58,189 bases of DNA, filler included, from Sphacelaria rigidula (GCA_964200075.2; 6 parts of 6 records of this genome joined end to end with filler, not necessarily neighbours in it); one strand, 5' to 3'. Positions 13,414 through 25,970 are shown, counted from the first letter of the whole stretch. The notes: a model not told the origin generated them from the sequence alone. Numbers and translations: made by a program.

Positions 13414-14369
13414 CTGTGTTTATATCCCCGAGTCCAGATGTGTTATATTTGCAGAATGTTAGTGTCATAATTAAAATAAGACGGGACATGATCGTACAAT
13501 CTCTGTATGGTCATATGTTTTCCAGCAAGGCACCGATAACGGCGAAAACAAAAATGCCGAGCAACGCAATGTGCCCGAGGTCGTTCAAGGTGCGAAGGAT
13601 TTTTTGTTGTTGTATTTCTATTTTTTTATAATTACTTTTTTCTCGTCCTTGTTCTGTGCTCTTCATTCTTTGTTACTTTTCAACAACGAATAAATACATT
13701 GGCCGAGACATTTTCCACCTGAAGTCATGTTGCAGAGGCCGTCCATTTCAAGTTGTTTGCTTTGCCTTTTGTCTTTGTTTTTGTTTTCTTTTACGTCTGC
13801 TTTGTTTATCTGTTTGTTCTATATTTCTGTCTTCTTCACTCTTTTTTTACAGCGAGAGTCTCCGTTTTCGTCTGCCTTGTGTGCGTACATCCATCTTGTG
13901 GATCATGATCACAGCTGGGTCTCTCGGGGATCAGTCAATGTGTGATATAAATCAACCAACCATTCAAGTAAGAATACGGCATATGGTTCACGGGAGAGAG
14001 GAATTGCAGCCACTCTCGACTGCTTCTCCAGCCGTGCGATTCTCACCGAACAACATGCACCATTGTGAACCTACAACAAACCCCCTAAATTTTAGATACA
14101 GTGCTTTTGTGGCATTTATGGGTGTGCGCGCCCGCTGAACCCGGGTCATGATCCAAGGAGGAGACACAGACTAGTTCGGAGGGAGTAGAACAGCACTCTC
14201 AGGGGGCATGTATCAAAAAAGTATGCATCGACACTGCCCCAAGCGAATGTGATGGGTTCTTTGAGTCCCGACGATGGGCCTGTTGTGTTTTCATAGTCCA
14301 AAAACGCGCGAATGAGAGATTCACAACATTAAATAACGACTACTGTTGACGGCTGCAGTAATGCGGACC

Positions 14370-14411
14370 TATGCTCGATAATAGATTGGCAGTAAGGTGC
14401 CGAGCAAAGGA

Positions 14412-14485
<74 letters not shown>

Positions 14486-14527
14486 GCTCGATAATAGATT
14501 GGCAGTAAGGTGCCGAGCAAAGGACAT
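14370..14527. repeat. (TTA)n microsatellite flanked by a perfect 45-bp direct repeat
   Basis: TATGCTCGATAATAGATTGGCAGTAAGGTGCCGAGCAAAGGACAT at 14370-14414 and 14483-14527. Confidence 0.9.
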
Positions 14528-15344
14528 AGTATATGGTTTTATTACCTGAGGCAACGGGCTCGTCGTGAGAAGGGGGCAGAGGATTGGTTGGTTGATTGAT
14601 TGACTTTTGTACATTAGCTGACCCCCGGGAGATCCAGCCGTGTTCACGAGGCAGCGGTACCCACGGTATGCAAAAAAGAAACACTCCTCGAAGGAGAACT
14701 CTAGAAAGGGAGAAGAAGAAAAAGAAAGGTACATGAAACAAATGGTGTATTACTACTCGTAGGGAAAACCAGAGAAAAAACAAAAACAGAAGAGGTATGT
14801 ACTGTATGTATATATATATATATGCATAGAAGGAGAAAGGAAAGGAGGGTAGATGATGAACACGAACAAACCGGCCTCGATGAAGATCATAAAAATGAGA
14901 AACAATCGACAAGGTAGAATATATGGCCAACGCCTGCAGCACTCCAGCGCTTGCAGCATAACTTTACGCAAAAATGATGCGCGAAAGAGAACGAATCGTG
15001 GAAGTAATTGAGGGAGCATACAATCCGGGCACGAAGTGTCACCCACGAGGTCTACTGGGGCAAAACACCAACACCACCACGATATGAAGAACGGGGAAAA
15101 AAGGGGAGAGGGAGTGGATATCAAGAAGAAAAAACAAAATAAAATAAAGAATAAATTAAACACCGTGACCTTAGCGAACACGGCTAGGAGCATCGCTGAG
15201 GTTGCAAGCTAAGGGAAGAAGTCAATAGCTCAAAGGACGAGACGGGTGTATAAATTTTCGTGATTACCCCTCCTCCCCCACTCATCCCTAGTCGGGTACA
15301 GAGCGAGTTGCTCTCTCGACCTATCCCATTCTGGCTTCCCCGCG

Positions 15345-15346
15345 AG

Positions 15347-15387
<41 letters not shown>

Positions 15388-15783
15388 GCCATTGCAATTG
15401 TTGTTGTTATTGTTGTTGTTACTGTTTTTGTTATTGTTATCGTCATTTTCATCGTTTTTGTTGTTGCTACTGTCATTGTTATCGTTTTTGTTATTGGCAT
15501 TGTTGTTATGGTCACTGTTATCGTTTTTGTTACTGTTATTGTTATTGTTATTGCCATTGACATTGACATTGGCATTGGCATTGGCATTGGCATTATTGTT
15601 GCCATTGTTACTGTTATTGTTATTACTATTCTTACTGTTGTTACTATTGCTGTTGCTATCGCTATTGCTATTGCTTTTGCTATTGCTGTTGCTGTTGCTG
15701 TTGCTGTTGCCATTGCCATTGCCATTGTCATCGTCATTGCCATCGTCACTGTCATTGTCATTGCTGCTGCTGCAGCAGCTGCC
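15345..15783. repeat. Long degenerate compound microsatellite (TTG/TTA/TTGCCA/CTG)
   Basis: Directly visible; lies in an intron of the LRR gene. Confidence 0.9.
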
Positions 15784-17247
15784 GCGTAGTAAGCAGCTAT
15801 AGACACGTAAAAGAAGAAGCAGAAGCTCCTCGGCGTGTACAGTGTTGTACACGCTAGTGCATCGCAACAGAACATTTGGGCTGACGTACTGGTTGCCAAC
15901 AAGCACAGGAGACCCGCCACAAAATCAAGAGAAGAATATCCACGGATAGATATTTATACATTACAGTCTATTGGAATACGCGAGAGTATGCTCCATTCGC
16001 ACCAGTATCAAACGAACAACTAGTAGGTACCGTCGGTGTCACGTACTTGCGTTTACGGAAATTATAGCGTGAGTATGACAATGTCTACATACGGCATGCA
16101 AGCAAAGTCGGGACTGTGGATAAAAGGCAGGCATAGAGAGTTTCGGAAAATGCCTTTTTTGTCTCAGCACCAGAGTGCAGAATGAAAAACAAAACATCTA
16201 ATCGAAAAACGTCAAGCGGATACCGCATTTGACGGAGGGGCAGATCATGTTTCGTTACACTCTGATCCTGAGATATTTGCACTCTGAAATTAAAAAAAGC
16301 GTTTTCCGAAACTCTCTATTGACGCACTTGCGCAACACGTGAATGGATGTCTCACTGGAATCGGATAAGGACCGTAACATTTGTGCGCTACCTGGAGAGC
16401 GCGTATCTCTGGTTTCAGACAGTAGCTGAATAATGTGCTTGTGCTCAACCCAAGGTCATTTTTTATTCCCGTACAAGCTAATTCCTCCCCTTCCTCGGGA
16501 TGAGTCCGCCGTCTCAATGGACCAACCTATCTTTGCCCCGGTGCACGCATCAATGCATTTTGATATCGCGGATCGAAACAGAATTTTTGCAGCTGAATTA
16601 GACTCACCATTGATTGATTTCATAGATTATCGTACTATGACTTATCGCTGAGGGATCCAGCCGTGGTCATTTTCCAAATGACGAACAAACCTGAGAATGC
16701 AACAAAATGGAAATACTCCCTGAACGCAATATACCGAAAAAAATCTGATTTTATCTAATCAGATCATTTATATTCACCAATTGAGCAGTGCTTTTCAATC
16801 ATTTCATCCGCGGGAGGAAAACATAGCTTGAACTGTGCCTTGCTCGAGGTGAAGAAAAAAGAAACGAAATCGTCCGATCGTTGCACGCACTACTATGCGA
16901 CGTACCTGTACCAAAAGGTCGTCAGGGTGGGGTACTCCACCGTACGGGCGTAGGTATTTGTAGGGTGCGCGCAACTCCAGATACCCTGAACCAGGCAGCG
17001 CATATACACCTACGATCGGAGAGATTTCTCCTGCATACAACGTGCCCATATACTCCACTGAAGCAGCTCGCTTACTCGGTCGACCCTCCAGGTACTTCGG
17101 AATACTCAGAATGTTTGGGTCGTCGACAATTCCAGGTACAGTGTGGTACTCGGGTATAGCATTAATACCCTGGAAACCTACGGTATGTAGGGGTTCGCGG
17201 AATACGGGGACCCTACTCTGACCTGACGAAATGTTTTAGCCGTGTAC

Positions 17248-17393
17248 CTGCATTGTCTTGAACGTAATGCGGTTATCCGAGAGTCCCAGGTGGGTCAGAG
17301 GCGGCTGGTGCTTCTGAAGAGCCTTGAGCACCGCCATGATGGCAGTGTCGCCTGCCTTGTTGCCATCCACCTTGAGTGACTGCAGCGCACAGC
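17248..17393 (-). CDS. RNI-like LRR protein, 2nd visible exon (CALQSLKVDGNKAGDTAIMAVLKALQKHQPPLTHLGLSDNRITFKTMQ)
   Basis: AACCAG acceptor, CAG|GTACAC donor, phase 1 start matches the previous exon, two LRR cores. Not in the ORF track. Confidence 0.85.
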
Positions 17394-18663
17394 CTGGTTT
17401 ATTTCCGATGCATTACGTTGTGATTGGTTGGTTGATCAATTGATCGCTTGTCGCACTTTAGCTGATGCATTACAAATTTAAAATTCACAGCAGAACCACA
17501 AGAATTAGAAAACGTTTGACGTGCTTGCTGCCGGGCTGCTGAACCGATTCTCGGTGTGTATCAGGATCAAAAACACGTACCGGAGTGTAGAGAGGGGTTG
17601 GTATTCTCAACACAGCGGGGTCCATCCGAGGAAACGGGGAAGGGGGAAAGTAAGATAAAAGAGGGACAAAAAAGACGAGCAGGGGCGGTCAAGAACTGCA
17701 TTTACGATATCGGTTTCTGGTGTTTCATTGAGTAATTGGTTGAGTGTAAAAACGAAAAGTACGAGGAAAAGGGAGGAGGAGGTCTCCAGAACTCCCTCCG
17801 ACTGCAAGAGTTATTTTTATCGGACATGCACATGCAGCAACCTCTTGCTTTTTGCACGCACTATATGATACGGAAGATGAATCAAGAACCACGCGCGGGG
17901 ATTTGTTTTCTGGGATGGGGGTGGGGGTGAGGGGTGCACTCATGATTCTGCATGCCGTGGTCATTAGACTATTGACCTCGCATCTCTACAAAGCCGGGAC
18001 GGAGCACGCCGGGATATCGCCGTGAGGGGTAGGGTGGAAGGCGAATATGGAAAATTTGGTTGAAAACCAAGGGGAAAATGAATGAATCCAAATCATATCA
18101 CTGATAACCCCGATCAGACAATCGGTTCATGCCGCAGCAGATCATTCTACGTGCACAGAGGAGTGCACCTGAGAAAAGCGAGACATACAGGTATCTATCC
18201 GCTGCTGCTCGTTCTATGACTCTGTACCTCGGGTGCTACTACGGAAAATAAAAAGTAGTATGTCGAGAATACCAGATATTGTACGATGAAAATTCGAGCA
18301 TGGGGGGAGACGAGAGGGGGGAAAGAAAAAACGGTTGTAATTCATGTCTGATCACAACTCAGAAAATGTCAGTTCACTCAACCATTTAATCAGCCTGCTC
18401 GCGTTTGTCGATAAAAACTTCATATACATCTTTCCTGTCTGAGACCGTTGCTTTTGTCGCTTTCTGTTCCTTTCTTTTTTTTATTTATTATTCTGTTATA
18501 TTTTTGCTGCTCCTGACCACGGACTGGATTGTTGCAATCAGCTAATGTGAGATTATCAAATCAAATCAAATCAAATCAAATCAATCATCAAAATCCGATT
18601 TTTCTACACAACAATTTTCTACTGCATTTTCGGGAGGGCATTTATATAGCGGAAGCACGGTAC

Positions 18664-18820
18664 CTTTCTGGCAGATGAACCGGGCAAGCGCGTTCGCTCC
18701 TCGCATGCCGATGCGGTTACGGCTGAGATCGAGCTCTGCGATCGTCTTCGCCCTTCCCGACAGCACGTTCAGAAACGCCTCCGAGGCTTCCTCGTCGAGC
18801 CCGGAATCCACCAGCTCCAC
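18664..18820 (-). CDS. RNI-like LRR protein, 1st visible exon (VELVDSGLDEEASEAFLNVLSGRAKTIAELDLSRNRIGMRGANALARFICQKG)
   Basis: GGTAG acceptor, AAG|GTACCG donor, IAELDLSRNRIG is a typical 28-aa RNI-type LRR core. Gene start and end lie outside the scaffold. Confidence 0.85.
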
Positions 18821-19331
18821 CTACCGCAGTGTTTTATTACGGAATGTAGAGAGCCATAGCAAACCAATGCTTATGCAAATAGTAAGACAGGCCAACGAAG
18901 GAAAACACAACAGACACCTTTACTAACGTGTCGTTTATATATCGTTCATGTGCCCCAACGCTTATGGGTGCGACTGTGTTACCTCGTTGACACTCGACTC
19001 AAAGCCTATGGCCTTCGTGCACCATCAAAAACTTCTGTACACGGGTTGATAAACAGATCCAGTACTCCAGACGATAAAACTCCATCCCGTATTTTTGCGA
19101 CTTTTGGTCCTTGAGACAGTAAAGATCGACTTTACGCTTACGAAATACGAAGCACTTCCGGGCGACAATATCTCCATCTGAACATCGGGGGCGGGCTGAA
19201 ATATTTTACTCCAAATAACTTATTGTGGGAAGCACAGCTGTGTGCTGGGGGGGGGGGGGGGGGGGGGGGGCGATGGGAGGGGAGTGGTGCCTCTTGCTTA
19301 AGTGGGTAGTTTTCTGATCGCTGTCGCTCTG

Positions 19332-19431
19332 NNNNNNNNNNNNNNNNNNNNNNNNNNNNNNNNNNNNNNNNNNNNTTAATTAATTAANNNNNNNNNNNNN
19401 NNNNNNNNNNNNNNNNNNNNNNNNNNNNNNN
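19332..19431. other. Artificial scaffold linker
   Basis: Same 44N-TTAATTAATTAA-44N structure. Confidence 0.97.
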
Positions 19432-19436
19432 AGGTA

Positions 19437-19875
19437 ATCCGTGCGTCCTCCGTGGCATAACTTACGGATCGAACCGCTAAAAAGACACGGATTCACACGG
19501 ACGAATTTGTTCTGAATGCCGGATAACTTAGAATTCGAAGTGGAAAAATATTGTCCGGGATGAGCAATTCGCCGATACGGTTCTGAAAGTCTGAACTCCG
19601 TACTCCATCCGTGCGTTCTCCGTAGCAATTCTCAGATGAAACCGCTGAAAAGCCACGAAATTCCAGACGATGTTGTCCTGAAGGCCGGATAACTTAAAAT
19701 TCGAATTACAAAAAATATCGTTCTGTATAAGCAATTCGCCGATACAGTTCTGAAGTGGTGCGTCCGTGCGTTCTCCTGTAGCATCACTCAGATCAAACCG
19801 TTGAAAAGCCACAAAATCTCACGGATAAATTATTCCGAATGCCGGGTAACTTGGAATTCGAAGTACAAAATACTC
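19437..19875 (+). repeat. Diverged tandem repeat, ~160-170 bp unit, ~2.6 copies
   Basis: Recurrent TCCGTGCGTTCTCC...GCCGGATAACTT..AATTCGAA...AGCAATTCGCCGATAC blocks. Confidence 0.8.
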
Positions 19876-20317
19876 AATAGTCAGAACCTGAGGCTGGGCT
19901 GTCGCAGGACCCCCGAAAACCAGTCAGCCCGTAAGTTGTTCAATAATGAGCGCGTATGTGATCTTATTTCGGAATGTGGAGAGGATGCCTAGTAGATCCC
20001 CAAACTTTGGGATCAAATGCCCACTGGGATGAGCGGTGGCACGCGAAAACAATTTCGAATATCCTCGACTACGAAAACACTACGGAAATCTCCCTTTTCA
20101 GTTGAAAGCTACTGTGCTGCTATTGAAATCAGTCTTGAGGAATATGTTTTATACTTTTTCTTGTGGTGGATAGCCTTAGTCCGGAGTCAAGTGCTGCTGC
20201 TGTTGCGCGTCTGCCACCCCACCCCCCGTCACCCTGTCCTGTAGGGTGACGTTCGAAATTCAAATACAGTATGCACTGTTCATTCATCATTATCAATTGA
20301 TTTTTTATCATTTTCTC

Positions 20318-20826
20318 CAGGGATTGACCTTACATGTGCAAAATTTTATCCGCCGTCCCCCCTGTCCAGCAGCTGGAAGTCAAAGCAAAACAACTTATTA
20401 CGTCCTTTTTGGTATTTATCCGTGGATATCAATATTTTTTTCGCGGATAACCGTATCGTTTTCACGGATTACTGCGACGGTGCACCGCGAGGAATTGCCG
20501 CGGTTTGTGCGGTTTGTTCCATGGAAGGGGGAAAACGGCTCCGTGAAAAAATTCATGCCACGGATATCCGCTCCGTGAAAATCCATGAGTTTTCCCACTG
20601 ACGGATATTCGCTCCGCTCCGTACCATATTCAAAAAATCAGCACTGCAGCGTGACATTTTCGTTGGCGGATATCCGCCCCGCAATAATCCGTGACATTTT
20701 CATTGGCGGATGTCCGCTCCGTCATAATCCGTAATTTTCCACACAGCCGGATATCCGCTCCGCTCCGTGAAGCTTCGAAAAACAAATCTGCAGCGCGGAG
20801 CGGATCGTCCTCCGTACACATCCCTG
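20318..20826. mobile_element. Decayed hAT-like non-autonomous element with repeated CGGATATCCGCTCCG motifs
   Basis: Short CAGGGAT...ATCCCTG ends and many internal CGGATATCCGC copies; no TSD found. Confidence 0.45.
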
Positions 20827-20930
20827 CAAATATCCTAAGTGGGGCGATGGCGGATGCCGTGAACGCCCGCGACAGCGCTGGTGATGGCAGAGCTCGTTCA
20901 CGAGGATGACCCCAGACTACGAGGAAGACT

Positions 20931-21200
20931 TGGAGGCGAATGGGGGAGCCGAGACACCAGTCGATCTGGCTTGTGATGACGCGAAAGAGCGGGAATCGGC
21001 CGGTCAACCAGCCGCCACGAGGCGTTGACAAAATGGCCACCCAACGTGAAGCTTGCGTTAGCTCGCTCATGTACGCTACCGTTGGGTGAACATTTTGTCG
21101 AAGTCCTCGTGGCGGCTGCGTGAGTGGCCGGCCCACTTCCGCCCTTCCGTGTCATCTTTAGCCAGGTCGACTTGTGTCTCGGTTACCCCGCTCGCCTCCA
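20931..21200. repeat. Imperfect inverted repeat (arms 20931-21046 and 21080-21200)
   Basis: TGGAGGCGA..CCGAGACAC.AGTCGA.CTGGCT..GATGAC...CAGCCGCCACGAGG..GACAAAATG..CACCCAACG present on both strands. Confidence 0.8.
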
Positions 21201-22596
21201 CGCTGCTAGGATTACTGCGTGGTGAACCTTTATCGAGAATGACTGTACTTTCCTCTAAATGTGCGCACGCACACACACAGGCATGTGCACAAATGTACGA
21301 CAGACAGTTCACAGAAGTGTTGGCTGACAGTGCAACAGTACAACTCTCAATTCTCAATTGTCACAACTTGTACTAGTGCTGTACCACACACCAATACGTG
21401 CAGGACTTGTAAGTGACTAGCGGGCGCCGAGGTGCACTACTGCCGTGTGCCCAACGCTGTGTACTGTGCTGGGTTCATACCTGGGGGCTGTGGTGACGAT
21501 GCTGCTGTCGAGTATTCAACGGTACGGAGACAGCACGAACAACTATAGTCATGCTACGATAGGACGGGGGGGATTTTGGGTCATTGCTTCCACGAAATTC
21601 GACTTCGAATCGACTTGAGAAGCAACGATCGTCCGAATGCGCATGTTTACCGATAAATAACGCTCATTCATACTGCTTGATGCCGTTTTACCCAAATACA
21701 AGCGCATGGCGAGTGTGTCAGGTTGTCCGAAACACTCATGAGTCCTTTCTTCCTGGAATCAAACACTCGACCATCTTAGCACGACTCTGTACATGCTCTT
21801 CCGCGCTGTACGGGTAGCACTGCATGAGTGGGTGCAGAGTACAAACGCAGAACAGCACGGCGCGACTTGTACCTCTTCAAGTCATGGCACCGACCATGTG
21901 GCATTCGGAACAGAAAAGACTAAACCCTGAAAAAGTTGGCCACGGTCCAAACCTACCTCGTGAAAAAATAAAGTGGGGTTAAAGCGTAAACAATCCAGCC
22001 GTTTCTCGCTTATCCCTGAGTTCTATTTTCTTTCCCCCGAAATTCTCTGTTGCGAAAAGCTGCGCCAGGGGGCACGCATCGAAGTACCCCTGTCGGTCTG
22101 AACAAGCTGCCCGCTGTCGAATAGGCACCGTTCAAAACAGGACAAAACGTTATCCGTCAGGTAGTTTGTCTTCCTCCGAATTTTCTTGCCTTTGACCTCC
22201 GAGTCGTATCGCAGCGCTTTTTCTTCGCATGCACCGTAACTATTTATTCACCAACACTCAATCCTGCTCTGCGTACTCTCGAGGACGCGTGGTTGATGAT
22301 CGGTGGGCAGTCAATCCTTCCAGCGCTCGTAGGTGAATGGATACCTGAGCCTGACTCAATGCTCTAGTGGAAATAATATCGCTTCCACATGTATTGACCC
22401 TCGAGCGGTCTTTGATTGTCAGGGTAGGACATCTAGGTCTGACAGTCTGGTCATTCTTCACGTGAATTCTGAGATGAATTCAGCAGATGAATCACCCTTA
22501 CTGGAAAAAACCCGAAGGGTTAACCCTTCCACTGCGAGGCACAGGAAACACAGTATAGCATAGATGACATTTCACAGTGATTCCACGCATGCCAGG

Positions 22597-22698
22597 TTAA
22601 CCCTTGGCGAGAGTAGGGCATCTGTTGAATCGGCGTAAATTTTGCTGGAAGAAAATATTTATGATCGAGATAGAGTACTCTCGCGGCCAAAGGGTTAA
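22597..22698. mobile_element. ~100-bp piggyBac-like MITE unit (TTAA CCCTT...AAGGG TTAA)
   Basis: TTAA on both sides; interior homologous to the units at 41234-41611 and 47841-48386. Confidence 0.7.
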
Positions 22699-23443
22699 AC
22701 CTCTTCGTGGTATAATGTCAACGAGTTGATTGCCCGCCTCGTCTCGGAACAGTATCCCCGGCTGACAACCCGGGGGAATATCAACGTTTCCAGGGGTGGG
22801 GCAGGGGGACTCCCATGTCGTCGGCAGAAGTTTGACGGTCGAGCAACAGACCTGACGAGGCTAGGGTGGTTCTTTTAGTCGTTTTGATCTGTCTAAATGG
22901 AAATGGTTATTACGAAGATCGTGTTCTCTAGGGTTTACTCCGGTATGGTTCGGCAGTGTATCGAGCCATGCTCCGAACACTCCGATGTGGTTCGGAATGG
23001 TATTTCCCCAATAAAATACCTCTTTATACTTGTGTATATACCTGAATTTCAGCCGGTACACCCCTGCAAAACACAAGCTTATTATTATCATATTCCCCTG
23101 AAAATTGCTCAATATGAGGCCGGGTCTTACTTCATTTTTCGATCGAAAAAGTGCGGTGAGGAGCATTAATCCCGATCTGATAGATCGTGGTTTCAAGCAT
23201 CTTCGGGCAATCTGGATTGGGTTGAGGTCAAGGGGTCGACCCTTTCACCTCCAACATTGCCTCGGAAGGTTATCGTCGAGAACCAATCCAGGGATTTCCA
23301 TAGTTTGATGAGTGGGCGTGCAGGTTCCCTGACTGTCGGAGAACATGTCCGAGATCACCCATGCGTGTTTCCGGGAAAGTTATAGATCGGGTCATAGACC
23401 TGAGGGGTGTGCTCATGAAGCAACAAGCCTAAGGGAGGGGGTG

Positions 23444-23705
23444 TAGAGCAATGCTACGGTAGGGGTTCACTTTTTGCGCGAAATCTCGTCTGGTTCAAGG
23501 GCTCCTAACGATTCTAGATGCACAAGAATATGGCTCAGGGCATCCCCGTGTGCTAATTCAGTCGGGATATCCCCAGCACATTGGAATGGTGATCCTGGCG
23601 TTCTCTCACCTATTTTCATCAGGTCGTATTTTGGATGAGGTCAAGGGCTCCTGACAATTCCAACCTCGGAAAATATTTGTGCACCCCTACCGTAGCATCT
23701 CTCTG
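23444..23705. mobile_element. MITE, same family as 10878-11135
   Basis: TAGAGCAATGCTACGGTAGGGG...CCCCTACCGTAGCATCTCTCTG; interior is the reverse complement of the 10.9-kb copy. Confidence 0.8.
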
Positions 23706-23874
23706 GAGTGACCGTTTTCGAAGTTCTGAATGGTCGAATGCATTATGATGTTCCCCCATGGATCGTTGAATATTGAAGTCAAGCTGAGTTCGACCATTTT
23801 CAGCAACGGCCACACAGCCCATCGGAACACGCGAGAAAAGGGGATGTTTTGTTCTTGCCTCTGCGCAGTCTTCG

Positions 23875-23881
23875 TAGTAGG

Positions 23882-23922
<41 letters not shown>

Positions 23923-24006
23923 TAGTAGTAAGAAGGCATGAACAAAACGTGTCACAACCTAATGAAAAGTGGGAGTAGGAGTAGGAGTATAGTAGTAGTA
24001 GTAATG

Positions 24007-24079
<73 letters not shown>

Positions 24080-24133
24080 GCATGAACAAAACGTGTCACA
24101 ACCTAATGAAAAGTGGGAGTAGGAGTAGGAGTA

Positions 24134-24172
<39 letters not shown>

Positions 24173-24226
24173 GCATGAACAAAACGTGTCACAACCTAAT
24201 GAAAAGTGGGAGTAGTAGTAGGAGTA

Positions 24227-24259
<33 letters not shown>

Positions 24260-24278
24260 CAGCAGCAGCAGCAGCAGC
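23875..24278. repeat. (TAG)n/(CAG)n microsatellite interleaved with three copies of a ~45-bp unique block
   Basis: AGGCATGAACAAAACGTGTCACAACCTAATGAAAAGTGGGAGTAG at 23934, 24078 and 24171. Confidence 0.9.
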
Positions 24279-24425
24279 GATGGCGAGCGGGCACCTCTCA
24301 CTGGCGCATGATATGATACATATCCTCGTACAATACAATAGTCCAAAGCCAACTTGATTTCGCAAACACAGAGAAAAATGCAAGCCTTTTCCCGATTCTC
24401 GTCCCGTCGCATTTTCTCCTTTCAG

Positions 24426-24521
24426 CACTCCGTCAGCCAAACGACCAGCGTTCCCCACCTGTTCCTCAACGGCCTGAAAGTCATCATCGCGCCCACCGAA
24501 GAGGCCGTGCTCAAGCTACGG
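24426..24521 (+). CDS. Exon of unknown protein (HSVSQTTSVPHLFLNGLKVIIAPTEEAVLKLR)
   Basis: Polypyrimidine TTTCAG acceptor, CGG|GTGAGC donor, 96 nt phase 0/0, GC3-rich codons. Confidence 0.65.
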
Positions 24522-25299
24522 GTGAGCTACCTACGATTATGAGGACTGCGAAGAATATAACTCGGACGGACAAGAAGGGAGAAAACATGTCCGTACCGCG
24601 TTCATACCCGCGAAGACTTCCAGTACGAGTGCAAGTGCAAGATCTACACTTACAGTCAGTACTTGGGAGTCATGTCGATTCCCCACAGAAATCACCCACA
24701 GCTTCGGGTTGTTGACATGAATTCGCAACTTCGGGGAAACGCATCAGTAGGGTTTTGTAGGGTTTTCAAGTTATAGCATGAATTGAGATACTCCGATTTT
24801 TGGTTGTTGTTGTTGTTGTTGTTGTTGTTGTTGCTGTTGCTGTTGCTGTTGTTGATGTTGTGTAGATTTACAACGGAACATATTTCTATCAAATTTTGCA
24901 ATGCCTCTCAGAGGATGTTCGTGTTGGTACGGCATAGCTCATCCGCAGCGAGGACTACCCCATGCCTTTTCGAAATGCGAGTTGGAGTTAATCTTTCCGT
25001 GAGCAACACACACACACACAGACATGGCGTGGTTTCCGTTTTTTCGAGATTCGTTGATAATTTGGAGTTCCGATGGAACTCCATTTTGGGGGATGACAGG
25101 CAATTCCACCAGATCTAGGTAGGGAGCGTATTCGTGCGTACCCGGGGGTACGAATTCTGCGAAGACCGATCTCGCACGTTCAATTAGGCCTAAACAGTCA
25201 AAATAGTCCAAATCACAAGCGCAAAATCATCTGGAGGAAAAGGATACTTGTTTGTGCCGGTTCTAGGATGGGAGAATGATGGCTGCCAGCAAAGCAGTC

Positions 25300-25337
<38 letters not shown>

Positions 25338-25599
25338 TTCACTGTTCTCATGTTGACTGCGAGGTAGGCCAGCCTCAAAACGTGCACTCCCCGGGCACAC
25401 CTTGGGCACACGCACAAGAACTTTTTTACAGTTTCCCGAATCAGTCCGATGTCAAGTATATCGCTGTGAAATTTGCAGAAGAACTTGCTGATGCACTTCC
25501 TGCCACTGAAAAAAAAAGGACAAAAAATATGTTCTGCATAATATATATACATATGTATATGACCTGAGCGACCGACCCAGATTCTGCAAAAAAGAAAAA

Positions 25600-25970
25600 A
25601 ATAACAGATGTCGGGATTCGAACTCGTGACCTCCATAACAGGAATCCATTGTATCACTTGGACCACCAGGGCGCAGCGGTGTCGCACACAAAGCTGCATG
25701 TGCAGCCTCAAGTTCGAGAGCTTTGACCCGAAATTTTACAAGGATATTTTGCACTCAAGTTAGACATTCTTGACGGAAGCAACAACAGCTTTTTGTTCTC
25801 TTCATTAGGTTGTGACACGTCATCGATTTTTTCACCTGAAATTTTAACTCGCTTACTTTTCTGGTTTATTTTATTTTGTGTTGTTCATTTCTTGCTTCGA
25901 AAACGTTCCGCGTATTGATAATATAAAAATATTTTGTCGAAATTTCAGCTCCTGACGCCTAACAATCAGC
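25600..25970 (-). mobile_element. Interspersed repeat containing a tRNA-like Pol III A/B-box module
   Basis: Minus strand TGGTCCAAGTGA ... GAGTTCGAATCCC (25613-25665); homologous to ~39620-39975 (+). Confidence 0.55.

Noticed and set aside
23934..24230. CRISPR-like triple direct repeat
   Set aside because: The spacers are pure (TAG)n microsatellite, not unique sequence.
25605..25672. Functional tRNA gene (also 39905-39970 and ~10803-10866)
   Set aside because: A/B-box-like motifs only; no complete cloverleaf could be formed, and the first two are embedded in a repeat.
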